63,978 bases of DNA from Spirochaetota bacterium (GCA_045133795.1 JBGUUT010000115.1:1-63978); one strand, 5' to 3'; positions 8,026 to 17,868 are shown, counted from the first letter of the stretch. Notes: generated from the sequence alone by a model not told the origin. Program-made: numbers and translations.

Positions 8026-8847
8026 TTAAACTTTTCTGATGTCACGCAGACGAAAGTTTCCGATTAGCTTTTCTAAATAGTCGAGAATTATTTTTGTGGC
8101 TTCGATAAAAGTTTTTCCTTTAAATATTTTTACTACATCGCCTGATAATGATGCTTCTTTGAAAATCGGGTCTAATTTATTATTACTTTCTTTAGAATCG
8201 GAAAGTTCTGCTATAAGATTTTTAAGTAAGTCATATGAGGAATTAAGCAGAAAACCGAAGTTTTGAATTAATCGTTGATATTCAAACATAATACGTGAAT
8301 CATCACGACTTGTTGCTAAAGTATCCAAATAATGACGTGCTACGGGAATATCGGCATTGTAACCTACGTGCATTGTTAAATCATCATAATGCTGTGTAAA
8401 TTTACGTTGAAGTGCAGTCCCGACAGTTCTTTTTTCTATCAATACGGCAATAGGGAAGTAAACATTCAAATAATATCTTGCTGCACCGCAAAGATAATTG
8501 ATTTCATCATCAGAGTCTTGTGAAAGGACAATTTTTGGATAAAGTTGATAACGACGTTGATTCTCTTGCATAACTCTGTCAACAAAAGAGACTTGCTTTT
8601 TTTGATTTCTTTTTTTTATAGCTTCATTTCGTTTTTCTTCTTCAGCTTTTATCAATTCTTCAACAGCTTGTATTTCGGCAAATAAAAATACCGACAAGTT
8701 TTTACGCATTTTTAAAGTGGTGATATATCGTTGCTGGAAGTTTTCCAACATAGCAGGACTTTTTTTATATAAATCTATAAGTTTTTGATATTTAGCTCTT
8801 ATCTTTTCTAAAACCATGTTGATTTCGGATTGAGAAAGATTTTTCAT
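8026..8847 (-). CDS. hypothetical protein (coiled-coil N-terminal half, no recognisable domain)
   Basis: Long ORF with coding-like composition and K/E-rich helical segments. No motif recognised. Confidence 0.5.
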   Translation of the reverse strand: MKNLSQSEINMVLEKIRAKYQKLIDLYKKSPAMLENFQQRYITTLKMRKNLSVFLFAEIQAVEELIKAEEEKRNEAIKKRNQKKQVSFVDRVMQENQRRYQLYPKIVLSQDSDDEINYLCGAARYYLNVYFPIAVLIEKRTVGTALQRKFTQHYDDLTMHVGYNADIPVARHYLDTLATSRDDSRIMFEYQRLIQNFGFLLNSSYDLLKNLIAELSDSKESNNKLDPIFKEASLSGDVVKIFKGKTFIEATKIILDYLEKLIGNFRLRDIRKV

Positions 8848-8914
8848 TTAGTAATCCTTCAAAGGTGTTTTGTTGAAATATCGGAAAAGTATTATTTAAT
8901 GATAATAATAAGAA

Positions 8915-8941
8915 ATAAAAAAAGCCGTCATTAAGACGGCT
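8915..8941 (-). terminator. rho-independent terminator after tRNA-Asn
   Basis: The minus strand reads agccgtc-ttaat-gacggct followed by TTTTTTT. Confidence 0.7.
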
Positions 8942-8948
8942 TCCGTTG

Positions 8949-9021
8949 CTCCTCCGGAGGGACTCGAACCCCCGACCTAGTGGTTAACAGCCACCCGCTC
9001 TACCGACTGAGCTACAAAGGA
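8949..9021 (-). tRNA. tRNA-Asn: tRNA-Asn (anticodon GTT), 73 nt, CCA not encoded
   Basis: Minus strand: TCCTTTG-TA-GCTC-AGTCGGTA-GAGC-G-GGTGG-CTGTTAA-CCACT-AGGTC-GGGGG-TTCGAGT-CCCTC-CGGAGGA-G. Full cloverleaf with 7-bp acceptor stem, GTTCGAGT T-loop and anticodon loop C-T-GTT-A-A. Confidence 0.9.
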
Positions 9022-9036
9022 ATGTTTGATAGTGCA

Positions 9037-9065
9037 TATATACTATATATTACTTTTTACGTCAA
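9037..9065 (-). promoter_or_regulatory. candidate sigma70-type promoter for tRNA-Asn
   Basis: The minus strand reads TTGACG, a 17-nt spacer, then TATATA, ending 15 nt before the mature tRNA 5' end. Confidence 0.4.
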
Positions 9066-9123
9066 GTTTTTTTCTCACTTTTTTTTTTAATTTTTTTTTC
9101 TGTATATAATTTGTTCGGGAAAG

Positions 9124-10137
9124 TTACTTCATTTTGATGTACATTGCAGGAACAACACTTGGTCTAATCGGCTGATACATTATTTCTGAAATTCTGTTTG
9201 CATCTCCGTATTGATTAATCATTCGTACACAATAATTTGCTTTTGCTTGAACTGGTGAACGAAGGTGGTACATACCAAAGCCGTTATATTTATTATCATC
9301 TGTCATTAATACATAACCGCCTATAGCTCGAGAATAATCACAAACTTTCTTTCTTCTGTTTTCATCTTCTTCATCATATTTTTTTAAACCATATTTGGGG
9401 TTAGTGATTTCATATTCACTCAATAAAAAAAGATAGTCATTTGTATCATTACAAATAAAACCATACGCTTGTGGTCCATTTTTATCATAATCTGTTGTTG
9501 AAATTGAACTGTTATCTATAATTGTTTTGTTAATTCTGGCTTTTTCGGAATCAGAGAAAGCTAAATCATAAAAACCTATATCTGTGAAATTTTCAACCCC
9601 GTAAGATGTTCCGTCAAGCCCATTAAGAAAAGCTCTTACCGTACTGTATTCGTAATTGTTAGGAGAAATATCTTTGCCGTCTATTTTTCTGGGATGAAAC
9701 AAATAGCCGACTCCTTCTTCGAAGTAGCGTTCGGAATCTTTCAGCGGATAAAACCTATATCCTTGGGTAATTATTTGTTCTGCAAAAATAAGAGCATTAC
9801 TTGTATTTTTTCCGGTTAGAATTCTCCATTTTATCGGTTCAAGTTTAAAATAATATGTATTTCCAGCAACAACATTTTCACTGTTAGAAAATATGACTTT
9901 ATCATAATAAGGTTGAGCATTTTCAACCTTAGCATAATATTCTCCGTCACTTCCTAGATAATAGGTTTTTCCGTTTATAATATCAGACTTTGTTGTTATG
10001 CTGACATTTTCAGATTTCAGCGATTGCGGCCATTGTCCAAAGAAAATATAATCAGTATCAGTACGAGTACGCAATTCACTTTCACAGCAACTAATCATAA
10101 AAAATGTACAGACAGCAAAAATTGTCAAATATTTCAT
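9124..10137 (-). CDS. secreted lipoprotein, uncharacterised (resembles what I recall as the DUF6273-type family)
   Basis: An internal start 'MKYLTIFAVCTFFMISC' gives a signal peptide and lipobox. 'FGQWPQS', 'EPIKWRIL', 'LFLLSEYE' and 'YHLRSP' resemble that family's landmarks. The thrC terminator at 10148..10178 sits upstream of this ATG and argues against the longer ORF start at 10161. Confidence 0.5.
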   Translation of the reverse strand: MKYLTIFAVCTFFMISCCESELRTRTDTDYIFFGQWPQSLKSENVSITTKSDIINGKTYYLGSDGEYYAKVENAQPYYDKVIFSNSENVVAGNTYYFKLEPIKWRILTGKNTSNALIFAEQIITQGYRFYPLKDSERYFEEGVGYLFHPRKIDGKDISPNNYEYSTVRAFLNGLDGTSYGVENFTDIGFYDLAFSDSEKARINKTIIDNSSISTTDYDKNGPQAYGFICNDTNDYLFLLSEYEITNPKYGLKKYDEEDENRRKKVCDYSRAIGGYVLMTDDNKYNGFGMYHLRSPVQAKANYCVRMINQYGDANRISEIMYQPIRPSVVPAMYIKMK

Positions 10138-10147
10138 ATCTTCTCCA

Positions 10148-10178
10148 AGAAAAAACACCACAAAAAATTGTGGTGTTT
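10148..10178 (-). terminator. rho-independent terminator after thrC
   Basis: The minus strand reads acaccac-aattttt(t)-gtggtgt followed by a T-run. Confidence 0.6.
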
Positions 10179-10184
10179 AATAAA

Positions 10185-11477
10185 TTATTTATTTTTTCTT
10201 GTTTTTAAATAAGCTTTCAATTCTTCATAAACCGGTTTCATCGGAATAGAAACTTTTTCTTTGTCCAGATATTCTTGAAGTGTTGCTGGGATTTCAGGAT
10301 TAACCCCTAAAATTTCATGTATTACTTCGCTGAATTTTGCAGGATGAGCAGTTTCCAAGAAAACATAAGGCGTATTTGTATCGCCAGTTTTTTCAATATG
10401 ACGTTTAACTGCTGTATATCCTACAGCTCCGTGTGGATCTAATAAGTAATCATATTTTTCTTTAACTTCTTTAATTGAAGCTGCAGTATCTGCATCAGTT
10501 ACACTGTAACCGGTAATATCTTTTGCCATTTCATCACGATTACCGTAAATAGCAAGCATTCTGGCAAAGTTAGACGGATTACCGACATCCATTGCATTAG
10601 AATAAGTAGTTACAGACGGACGAGCTCTGTATATACCTGTTTCAAGATATTCAGGAACAGTATCATTAATATTTGTAGCTGCGATAAAATGTTTTACCGG
10701 CAAGCCCATTTTATTAGCAATCAATCCACCGGTAATATTTCCGAAGTTTCCTGAAGGAGTACAGAAAACAGGTGTTCCGATAGATTTTAATTGGTGATAA
10801 GCCCAGCAGTAATAGAATGATTGCGGATACAAACGACCGATATTGATAGAATTAGCAGAAGATAAGTCTAACCAACCTTTTACTTCATCATCCATAAATG
10901 CTTCTTTTACCAAAGCCTGACATTCGTCAAATGTTCCGTCAATTTCCAAAGCTGTAATATTTTTTCCCAAAGTAGTAAGTTGTTTTTCCTGTAATGGAGA
11001 AACTTTTCCTGACGGATAAAGAATAATTACGTCAATGTTTGGTAAGCCGTAAAAACCTTTTGCAACGGCACTTCCTGTATCTCCGGAAGTAGCAACAAGA
11101 ATAGTTAATTTTTTGTCACCGAGAAAATAGCTCATTGCACGAGCCATAAAACGAGCACCGAAATCTTTAAATGCAGCTGTAGGACCGTGATATAATTCTA
11201 ATGCATAAATGTTATCGTGAACCTTTTTTACCGGTACATCAAAATTAAATGCATCGTCTGTAAGTTTGCGTAAGTCTGCATCCGGAATTTCTCCGTCAAC
11301 TAATAATTTAGCCATTTCAAATGCCATATCTTGGAAAGAATCTTTTTCAAATATTGCACTGTCGGCTTTAGGAAAACTTTCCGGCAAATATAATCCTCTG
11401 TCCGGAGCTAAACCTTGTAATAAAGCCTCTTTAAAAGAAACCGGCTCAGAATTTTTACCTGTACTGAAATATTTCAT
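10185..11477 (-). CDS. thrC: threonine synthase
   Basis: 'HGPTAAFKDFGARFMA' PLP-lysine motif and 'ATSGDTGSAV'. Length and overall pattern are typical of long-form ThrC. Confidence 0.9.
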   Translation of the reverse strand: MKYFSTGKNSEPVSFKEALLQGLAPDRGLYLPESFPKADSAIFEKDSFQDMAFEMAKLLVDGEIPDADLRKLTDDAFNFDVPVKKVHDNIYALELYHGPTAAFKDFGARFMARAMSYFLGDKKLTILVATSGDTGSAVAKGFYGLPNIDVIILYPSGKVSPLQEKQLTTLGKNITALEIDGTFDECQALVKEAFMDDEVKGWLDLSSANSINIGRLYPQSFYYCWAYHQLKSIGTPVFCTPSGNFGNITGGLIANKMGLPVKHFIAATNINDTVPEYLETGIYRARPSVTTYSNAMDVGNPSNFARMLAIYGNRDEMAKDITGYSVTDADTAASIKEVKEKYDYLLDPHGAVGYTAVKRHIEKTGDTNTPYVFLETAHPAKFSEVIHEILGVNPEIPATLQEYLDKEKVSIPMKPVYEELKAYLKTRKNK

Positions 11478-11561
11478 AGGAAATCTCCTCTTTTGTAAAA
11501 AAATAATGTCTACGATATACCAGAAATCAATAATAATGGCAATTTAGTTTTAAGTAAACTC

Positions 11562-13595
11562 TTAAAAAATAAGAGAAAATTTCTTATTTTTGCAAACTTC
11601 CGGAGCCGGTTCGCCGAATAAATAACCTTGCGAATAATCGATTCCGTATTCTTGAACTTTTTTGAAAACTTCCGGAGTATGAACAAATTCCGAAACGGTT
11701 TTGATATTTAGTTCTTTGGTGAAGTTTACAATGGTTCGCGTTATTATTTGTGAAGACCTTTCAGTATCAAGGTTTTTTATCATAGAAGCATCTATTTTTA
11801 AAACATCGATATCTAATGACATCACATGGTCAAAATTTGAATATCCCGAACCAAAATCGTCAATGGCAACTTTACAACCGAAAGATTTAACATCTTCGAT
11901 AAATCCTTTGATTATATCGTAATTTTCTATTCCGTCAGATTCTAGTAATTCGAAAACAGCTCTTTTTGCTGTATCTTGATTACTCAATAAAATTGATTTT
12001 ATACAATTTCGGGTTTCTTCATTTTGAATATCAAAAACAGAAACATTAATTGAGAAGTCATATGGCAAATCAGCAAATTTCTCAAATGATTTAATAAGAA
12101 TTCTGCGAGTGATATTTGGATAAAGACGAATCTTTTTGGCAATATCCAGAAAATAATATGGACTGATAATGTCATTGTTATTGTTTACCAAACGACACAG
12201 ACATTCGTATTTTTCAATATCACCGGTTTTGTTATTAACAATAGGTTGAAAGAACGGAATTATAGAATCTCTGGCGATTGCATCTTTTAAGATGTAAGTC
12301 CATTTTATATTATTTTCATATTCTTTGGCGATTTCCATTGTTTCATCGTAAAGCAAATAATGTTTTCGCATTTGTTTAGCTTTTTTTAATGCCATATCTG
12401 CATTATAAAGAGCTGAAATCCCTAAAGTTTCTGTTATTTTTGCAGCTCCGACAGTTGCATTAATGTTAATTTCACTTTCATTACAGATAAAAACCTTATC
12501 ATTGATGACAAAAAATACAAATGCACCGATAATATTACGAACTTCATCATATAAGCTGTTGTTTTGGTCGTGGAAAGAAGAACGCTTGGTCTTTTTGTAT
12601 TCAGAATCGTCATGCTTCAGTAACAAAACAAATTCATCTGTTTGTAAGCGATAGATTGTAATGTTAAAATTGACTTTTACTCGTTGTAAACGAGATGCAA
12701 TCCCTTTTAAGATTTCGTCACCGACTTCATGGCCGTAAAAATCATTTATTTCACGGAAACTATCTACGTTAATAATGAAAACAATACCGTTGTTTATATC
12801 TTTCAAATCTTCAATAAGTTTTGTTCTGTTAGGTAATCCGGTAAGATTGTCATAATATAATTGATGTAAAAGTTGCGAGTTTTTTAATTCGATAGAGTCA
12901 ATCATATTATTAAAAGTTTGTCCCAATTCCCCAATTTCATCATCTGGAAGGTTGTTGCAGCGAACATTCGGCATATTTTTAGAAAACTTCTTAACAACTT
13001 TTGTAAGTTTTGCCAAAGGTCTTAAAACAATAAGGTTACAACCGAGGAATAACAATACCGGTATTAATATGAATACTATTAATGAATGCAGGCACTGTGT
13101 AAAAAATAAATTGTGAAATTGTTTTTTGAATACTGCCGGAGAAATCGCCATTGTTAATTCTCCGATTTTTCCGTTATTGTATATAACGTCGGCATTTAGT
13201 GAAAACATGGAATTTGAATTTAAATATTTACTGTCAGACTCTTCGTTGAAAGCTTTTATATTACCTTTTTTATCTTTTATATGTTCATATAAAATTATCT
13301 GATTTTGTTCGTTGATATAATCGGTTAATCGTAAATAAATAACATCTTCAATTAAAAGTTCATTGTCTAAAATATTTTGTATTCTTTGAGCATCATAATC
13401 CCAAAGTGTTTTTGATAGCATGAACGAAATTTTTGAAATGTTCAAATCGTGCTTTTCTTTTAGATTTTTTAAGCACGTATTTTTATTCATAGAATACGAA
13501 ATTATGATTTCTGCAAAAAGGAGAGAAAATACACAAACCAGAATAAAAGCCGTAAGTTTTAAAAAAATAGGAGAAAATAATTGTTTCTTTTTCAT
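11562..13595 (-). CDS. membrane c-di-GMP signalling protein: 2 TM sensor + HAMP + degenerate GGDEF + EAL phosphodiesterase
   Basis: HAMP 'RPLAKLTKVVKKF...DDEIGELGQTFNNM'. GGDEF-domain landmarks 'LTGLPNR' and 'DFYGHEVGDEIL', but the active site reads 'QTDEF'. EAL-domain landmarks 'YECLCRL', 'FELLESD', 'AIDDFGSGYSN', 'LKID', 'SEFV' and 'YSQGYLFGEP'. Confidence 0.8.
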   Translation of the reverse strand: MKKKQLFSPIFLKLTAFILVCVFSLLFAEIIISYSMNKNTCLKNLKEKHDLNISKISFMLSKTLWDYDAQRIQNILDNELLIEDVIYLRLTDYINEQNQIILYEHIKDKKGNIKAFNEESDSKYLNSNSMFSLNADVIYNNGKIGELTMAISPAVFKKQFHNLFFTQCLHSLIVFILIPVLLFLGCNLIVLRPLAKLTKVVKKFSKNMPNVRCNNLPDDEIGELGQTFNNMIDSIELKNSQLLHQLYYDNLTGLPNRTKLIEDLKDINNGIVFIINVDSFREINDFYGHEVGDEILKGIASRLQRVKVNFNITIYRLQTDEFVLLLKHDDSEYKKTKRSSFHDQNNSLYDEVRNIIGAFVFFVINDKVFICNESEININATVGAAKITETLGISALYNADMALKKAKQMRKHYLLYDETMEIAKEYENNIKWTYILKDAIARDSIIPFFQPIVNNKTGDIEKYECLCRLVNNNNDIISPYYFLDIAKKIRLYPNITRRILIKSFEKFADLPYDFSINVSVFDIQNEETRNCIKSILLSNQDTAKRAVFELLESDGIENYDIIKGFIEDVKSFGCKVAIDDFGSGYSNFDHVMSLDIDVLKIDASMIKNLDTERSSQIITRTIVNFTKELNIKTVSEFVHTPEVFKKVQEYGIDYSQGYLFGEPAPEVCKNKKFSLIF

Positions 13596-13612
13596 ACTAC
13601 TCCACTTCTAAA

Positions 13613-14821
13613 TTAAAAATCCCAACCGATAAAAAATCCGATACATTTAGAAAAAACATAATAATCTTCGTAAATACGTTTTCTAAAATCAGCATACGCA
13701 AAGGTATCATTTGTATAAGCCCTATCATTTCTGAACAAAAAGAAAAATTGTGTCCATATGTGATATGGCAAATCCAGTCGTATTGCGGGACCGAAATTGA
13801 TAGAAGCAAAATCTGACCCCCATCCTTTATTTTCTATTTTTGAGTCATTGTAATGTGATAAATTTAAATGATCTATCTGTAAGTAGAAAGCAAATGTTAA
13901 GATTGTGGTAAAATTTGTTACTTTCAAGAACTTGTCTTGAGTGCCGGAATTGTCTTCTCGGATAAAAATTCTATATCCGGTTGTAAAATCTCCGGTAAGT
14001 TTCCAGCCGTTAAATTGCATTCCGTAATCTGCTTTGTAAATATACGGTTGGTCATAATCAACTCCGAAATAATGTTGATAATGAAATTGCGGATTTGCTA
14101 AAAGGAAAAAATGAGTCCACTTTTGATAAGCCGGCGGTAAAACATACGCTAAATCAAATTGGAAAGTAGGTTTAAACCAAAATTGAAAAATAGGTGCGTC
14201 AAATGACATTGTAACGTAGCTTCCGTCATTGTTGGCATTAATACCGGTTCCGGTAACGTCAAAAAGCGGAACGTCCCACCCGCCGCCGATAAGGAAACCG
14301 AATTGGAATTGAAGAAATGCCGCAGCTGCTAATGTCATGGTAGCACCGGCATTTAGAGTTACCGGAGAAAGTTGTGAAATTATTTTAAATTGTAAGAAAT
14401 TATCTTTTGTCAGCGGAGTATCGAAATTTAATACGGGAACGGAAAAGCCGTATTCATTATAAAGTTCCATTTGAACACCGTCATAATTTCTTCCTACAAG
14501 TCGTCCGGCACCGTCGTCTCCGTGGTGCTTTCCGGCGGCACGATAATCTTTTTCTTCGTAAGAAATCGGAGCAAAATGTCCGGGATGACTGATACCGTCT
14601 TGGCAACCGAATAAGTAAGTAAAAACTGCAGAAACGGAACCGCGAAATCGTATAGGAAACGGAACTTTAGTGTTAATTGCGTTGTTTGTATTTTCGACAA
14701 CGGTATTATTTATAATTTCAGAATCAGTTGTTGTATCAGAGAAAGAAGTGTTTTCTTGTGAGAAAATTGAAAATGGTAATAATAAACAAAATAACAAAAG
14801 AACATAGTTTTTTTTGAGCAT
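13613..14821 (-). CDS. putative outer-membrane beta-barrel protein
   Basis: Cleavable signal peptide 'LLLFCLLLPFSIFSQE'. Aromatic/Gly-rich alternating segments and a C-terminal 'FIGWDF' ending in Phe. No named family recognised. Confidence 0.4.
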   Translation of the reverse strand: MLKKNYVLLLFCLLLPFSIFSQENTSFSDTTTDSEIINNTVVENTNNAINTKVPFPIRFRGSVSAVFTYLFGCQDGISHPGHFAPISYEEKDYRAAGKHHGDDGAGRLVGRNYDGVQMELYNEYGFSVPVLNFDTPLTKDNFLQFKIISQLSPVTLNAGATMTLAAAAFLQFQFGFLIGGGWDVPLFDVTGTGINANNDGSYVTMSFDAPIFQFWFKPTFQFDLAYVLPPAYQKWTHFFLLANPQFHYQHYFGVDYDQPYIYKADYGMQFNGWKLTGDFTTGYRIFIREDNSGTQDKFLKVTNFTTILTFAFYLQIDHLNLSHYNDSKIENKGWGSDFASINFGPAIRLDLPYHIWTQFFFLFRNDRAYTNDTFAYADFRKRIYEDYYVFSKCIGFFIGWDF

Positions 14822-14888
14822 AGGAAAATCCTCCGGGTACTTTTTATATGGTTATTTCTACTATAAGTTATGCCAAAAAACTAAAAAT

Positions 14889-15941
14889 TTACTTATAAAA
14901 TTTGTGCATTTTCATATCGAATGCCAATGCTTTGTCGCCCTCTTGCAAAGAGTAAAGAATGCCGGGCGATTGTCCCAGTGCAATTTCTCCGCTTTTTCCG
15001 ATAATATCTCCCGGATAAACCTCTTGGTCTTTGCGAACATAAATAACACTGAAACCTGAATATGTAGAAACTAAACCGTTTGCGTGACGAATAAATACTA
15101 TTAATCCGAAAGAAGCCGTATTTTCGATATGACTGACAATTCCGCGATCGATGGAACGAACTTCTCTGTCGTTTTTATTAAAAATTAGAATCCCTCTGTA
15201 GTGTGATTTTACATAAGGAACAATGTCTCCTTTTAAAGGAAGTGAATAGTTTAAATATTTTTTTCCGTTTTTATGACGTTGAAGAATTTGTTCAATAGAA
15301 GCTGTTTGTGTTTCATATTTGGCTTTAGGTATTTTTATTTGTACTCCCGGTTTTAAAATTGTGGAATCAGAAATCCCGTTTACTTCCATTAAAACCGCAA
15401 CAGGAACATGAAAAGTTTTTCCGATACGATAAAGAGTTTCTCCTTTTTGCATTGTATGAAAAATAAAATCGCGTTCTCCGTTTATTTTTTGTTTAGCAGA
15501 AATGGTCGATGTGGTTGCCGGCTGTTTGTCAACGGTAGACGTTGTTATCGTTTTTTTATCTGCATCATTGTCCGGAACAAATATTTTCATGCCGGTAAAA
15601 AGTTTTACATTTTCGGAAAAGCCGTTTATTTTACAAAGACGGTCAACGGTAATGTTGTGCTTTAAACCTATGCGAAAAAGATTTTCTCCTTCTGCAACAA
15701 TGTGTTCTTTAAAATCGCCTTCCATCGGAATATTTAAGATTTTACCTTTTATAAGAGGTGCATTCTTTTTTAAATTGTTTGAAATACGAATAGCTTCTAC
15801 AGAGACGTTGTACTTTGCACCTATCAAAGAAAGAGATTCTCCGTCTTTGACTTGATGTTTTAAAAAAGTCTTAGAATAACAATGAAATGTAAGTAATAAA
15901 ATTGTTGATATTAAAAAAAGATATTTAGTTCTAATCATCAT
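14889..15941 (-). CDS. LysM x3 + degenerate LytM (peptidase M23-like) domain protein, probable amidase activator (NlpD/EnvC-like)
   Basis: Three LysM repeats ('HQVKDGESLSLIGAKYNVS...', 'HIVAEGENLFRIGLKHNIT...', 'HTMQKGETLYRIGKTFHVP...'). The C-terminal M23 fold ('IRHANGLVSTYSGFS...VYPGDIIGKSG') lacks the HxxxD and HxH zinc ligands. Start taken at MMIRTKY (signal peptide). Confidence 0.75.
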   Translation of the reverse strand: MMIRTKYLFLISTILLLTFHCYSKTFLKHQVKDGESLSLIGAKYNVSVEAIRISNNLKKNAPLIKGKILNIPMEGDFKEHIVAEGENLFRIGLKHNITVDRLCKINGFSENVKLFTGMKIFVPDNDADKKTITTSTVDKQPATTSTISAKQKINGERDFIFHTMQKGETLYRIGKTFHVPVAVLMEVNGISDSTILKPGVQIKIPKAKYETQTASIEQILQRHKNGKKYLNYSLPLKGDIVPYVKSHYRGILIFNKNDREVRSIDRGIVSHIENTASFGLIVFIRHANGLVSTYSGFSVIYVRKDQEVYPGDIIGKSGEIALGQSPGILYSLQEGDKALAFDMKMHKFYK

Positions 15942-16176
15942 TGTAACACCGTCTCGACCAGAATTCAATGCTCCGCCTAAATCGAAAAATCTTATAATTT
16001 TTTCGAAAATCCCCTCATTAGTTATTCAATTCGACTTTCAGTATAATAAACTTTATTTGATGACAGAAAAATGGAACCAATTTTCGACAAATAATAAAAA
16101 AAGTTAATAGTTTTAAATTGAAGTTTATTTTGAAAATGTTGCTAATGAAAAAACTTATGATATAAACGCTCAGCAA

Positions 16177-16205
16177 TTAACATAAATTTATACTTATGGT
16201 ATAAT
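16177..16205 (+). promoter_or_regulatory. candidate promoter of proC-hisAF (TTAACA, 17-nt spacer, extended -10 TGGTATAAT)
   Basis: TTAACA at 16177..16182 and TGGTATAAT at 16197..16205, about 58 nt upstream of the proC ATG. Confidence 0.45.
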
Positions 16206-16262
16206 GCGACAATTTTTTATTAAAAATGATAAAAGTGTTTGTGGTTAGATAAGGAGAATGTT

Positions 16263-17090
16263 ATGGGAAAAAATAAAATCCTTTTTATCGGTGCCGGAAA
16301 TATGGGCAGTGCGATTATTAAAGGGTTAAATAAAAAAGCAGATTCAGGTTATGAAATATTTTTTTATGAGCCGGAAGTAAGTGTTCGCTGTGAAATTGCG
16401 GCAAAACTTAATGCTGTAGCTGTGACACAAATAGATGAAAAGATTGCAGATTTTGATACGATTGTGTTTGCGGTAAAACCGCAAGTTTTTCGTAATTTCC
16501 CCAAAGATGAAAAAATGGCACACTTATCAAAGTTTGTTACGGAAAAACAACTTGTACTTTCTATAATGGCCGGAATTCCTATAGCCACAATCACAGATTT
16601 TTTATTAAATGCAAAAAAAATAATTCGTATAATGCCGAATACGCCGGCTCTTGTAGGCGAGGCAATGAGTGTTTTGGCTCCTAGTAACGATGTTGCGACA
16701 GAAGATATAGAATTTGCAAAAGAAATTTTTGAAAGTATAGGGCAGGTTGAAGTATTATCAGAAAATGCTCTTGATGCGGTAACGGGACTCAGCGGTTCCG
16801 GTCCGGCGTTTGTGATGATGTTTATTGAAGCATTGACTCAAGGCGGAATCCTTTGCGGATTAACAAAGAAAACGGCCGAAAAACTTGCAATTCAAACTGT
16901 TTTAGGAAGTACAAAAATGGCTTCGGAAAGCGGTTTGTCTGTAGAAGAATTGCGACATGCCGTTACATCTCCCGGCGGAACAACTATTGCCGGAGTCGCA
17001 GCATTGGAGGAAAATGGTTTTCGTAACAGTGTGATTAAAGCTGTGCGAGCTGCTTGTATTCGTTCTGAAGAACTTGGAAAATCTAAATAA
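16263..17090 (+). CDS. proC: pyrroline-5-carboxylate reductase
   Basis: 'ILFIGAGNMGSAII' Rossmann motif, 'RIMPNTPALVGE', and 'LSGSGPAFVMMFIEAL....V.SPGGTT'. ATG at 16263 is preceded by AAGGAG. Confidence 0.9.
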   Translation: MGKNKILFIGAGNMGSAIIKGLNKKADSGYEIFFYEPEVSVRCEIAAKLNAVAVTQIDEKIADFDTIVFAVKPQVFRNFPKDEKMAHLSKFVTEKQLVLSIMAGIPIATITDFLLNAKKIIRIMPNTPALVGEAMSVLAPSNDVATEDIEFAKEIFESIGQVEVLSENALDAVTGLSGSGPAFVMMFIEALTQGGILCGLTKKTAEKLAIQTVLGSTKMASESGLSVEELRHAVTSPGGTTIAGVAALEENGFRNSVIKAVRAACIRSEELGKSK

Positions 17091-17107
17091 TAAAAAAGGA
17101 AAGTAAT

Positions 17108-17842
17108 ATGCAAATTATCCCTGCAATTGATTTTATTGATGGAAAATGTGTTCGTTTGGTTCAAGGAGATTTTGCTCAGATGACGGTTTATAATGAAGAC
17201 CCGTTGAAGCAAGCTCAAATTTTTAAAGATGCGGGAGTGTCAAGAATCCATCTTGTAGACCTTGACGGAGCACGCGGAAATGCTGAAGGAAGTCGAAAAA
17301 ACAGAGAAATGATTTGTAAAATAAAAAAAGAAATCGGTTTGGAAATAGAAACCGGCGGCGGAATTCGCAGTGAAGATGATATGAAGGAATTGATTTCCAA
17401 CGGAATTGATTATTTGATTTTGGGGACAATTCTTATCGAAGAATATCCGATGATAGAAAAACTTTTTTCGACTTACGGAAAGCATTTTATTGCAGGAATA
17501 GATGTGCGAAATAATGTGGTAAAAACAAGAGGTTGGAAAGAGGGCGAGGGTGTCAATCCTATAGAATTGGGAAGTCGGCTTTATCAACTTGGATTTAAAA
17601 CAGCAGTTTATACGGATATTTCTGTAGACGGCAAGTTAACCGGCCCGAATATAGAAGCGACTAAAAAATTTAGTAACAGTACGAAATTACGTGCAATTCT
17701 TTCCGGTGGTGTAAGTTGCCTTGAAGATATTATAAATGCAAAAGCTGCAGCTGCGGAAGAATTTGAAGGTGTAATCGTCGGAAAAGCCTATTATGAAGGT
17801 AGAATAGACTTGAAAAAAGCTGTTGCAGAATTGAGTAAATAA
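17108..17842 (+). CDS. hisA: 1-(5-phosphoribosyl)-5-[(5-phosphoribosylamino)methylideneamino]imidazole-4-carboxamide isomerase
   Basis: 'MQIIPAIDFIDGKCVRLVQGDF', 'HLVDLDGA', 'TGGGIRS', 'SGGVS' and 'GVIVGKAYYEG'. Confidence 0.9.
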   Translation: MQIIPAIDFIDGKCVRLVQGDFAQMTVYNEDPLKQAQIFKDAGVSRIHLVDLDGARGNAEGSRKNREMICKIKKEIGLEIETGGGIRSEDDMKELISNGIDYLILGTILIEEYPMIEKLFSTYGKHFIAGIDVRNNVVKTRGWKEGEGVNPIELGSRLYQLGFKTAVYTDISVDGKLTGPNIEATKKFSNSTKLRAILSGGVSCLEDIINAKAAAAEEFEGVIVGKAYYEGRIDLKKAVAELSK

Positions 17843-17868
17843 TAAGGTGATTTTATAAAGGAAGAAAT

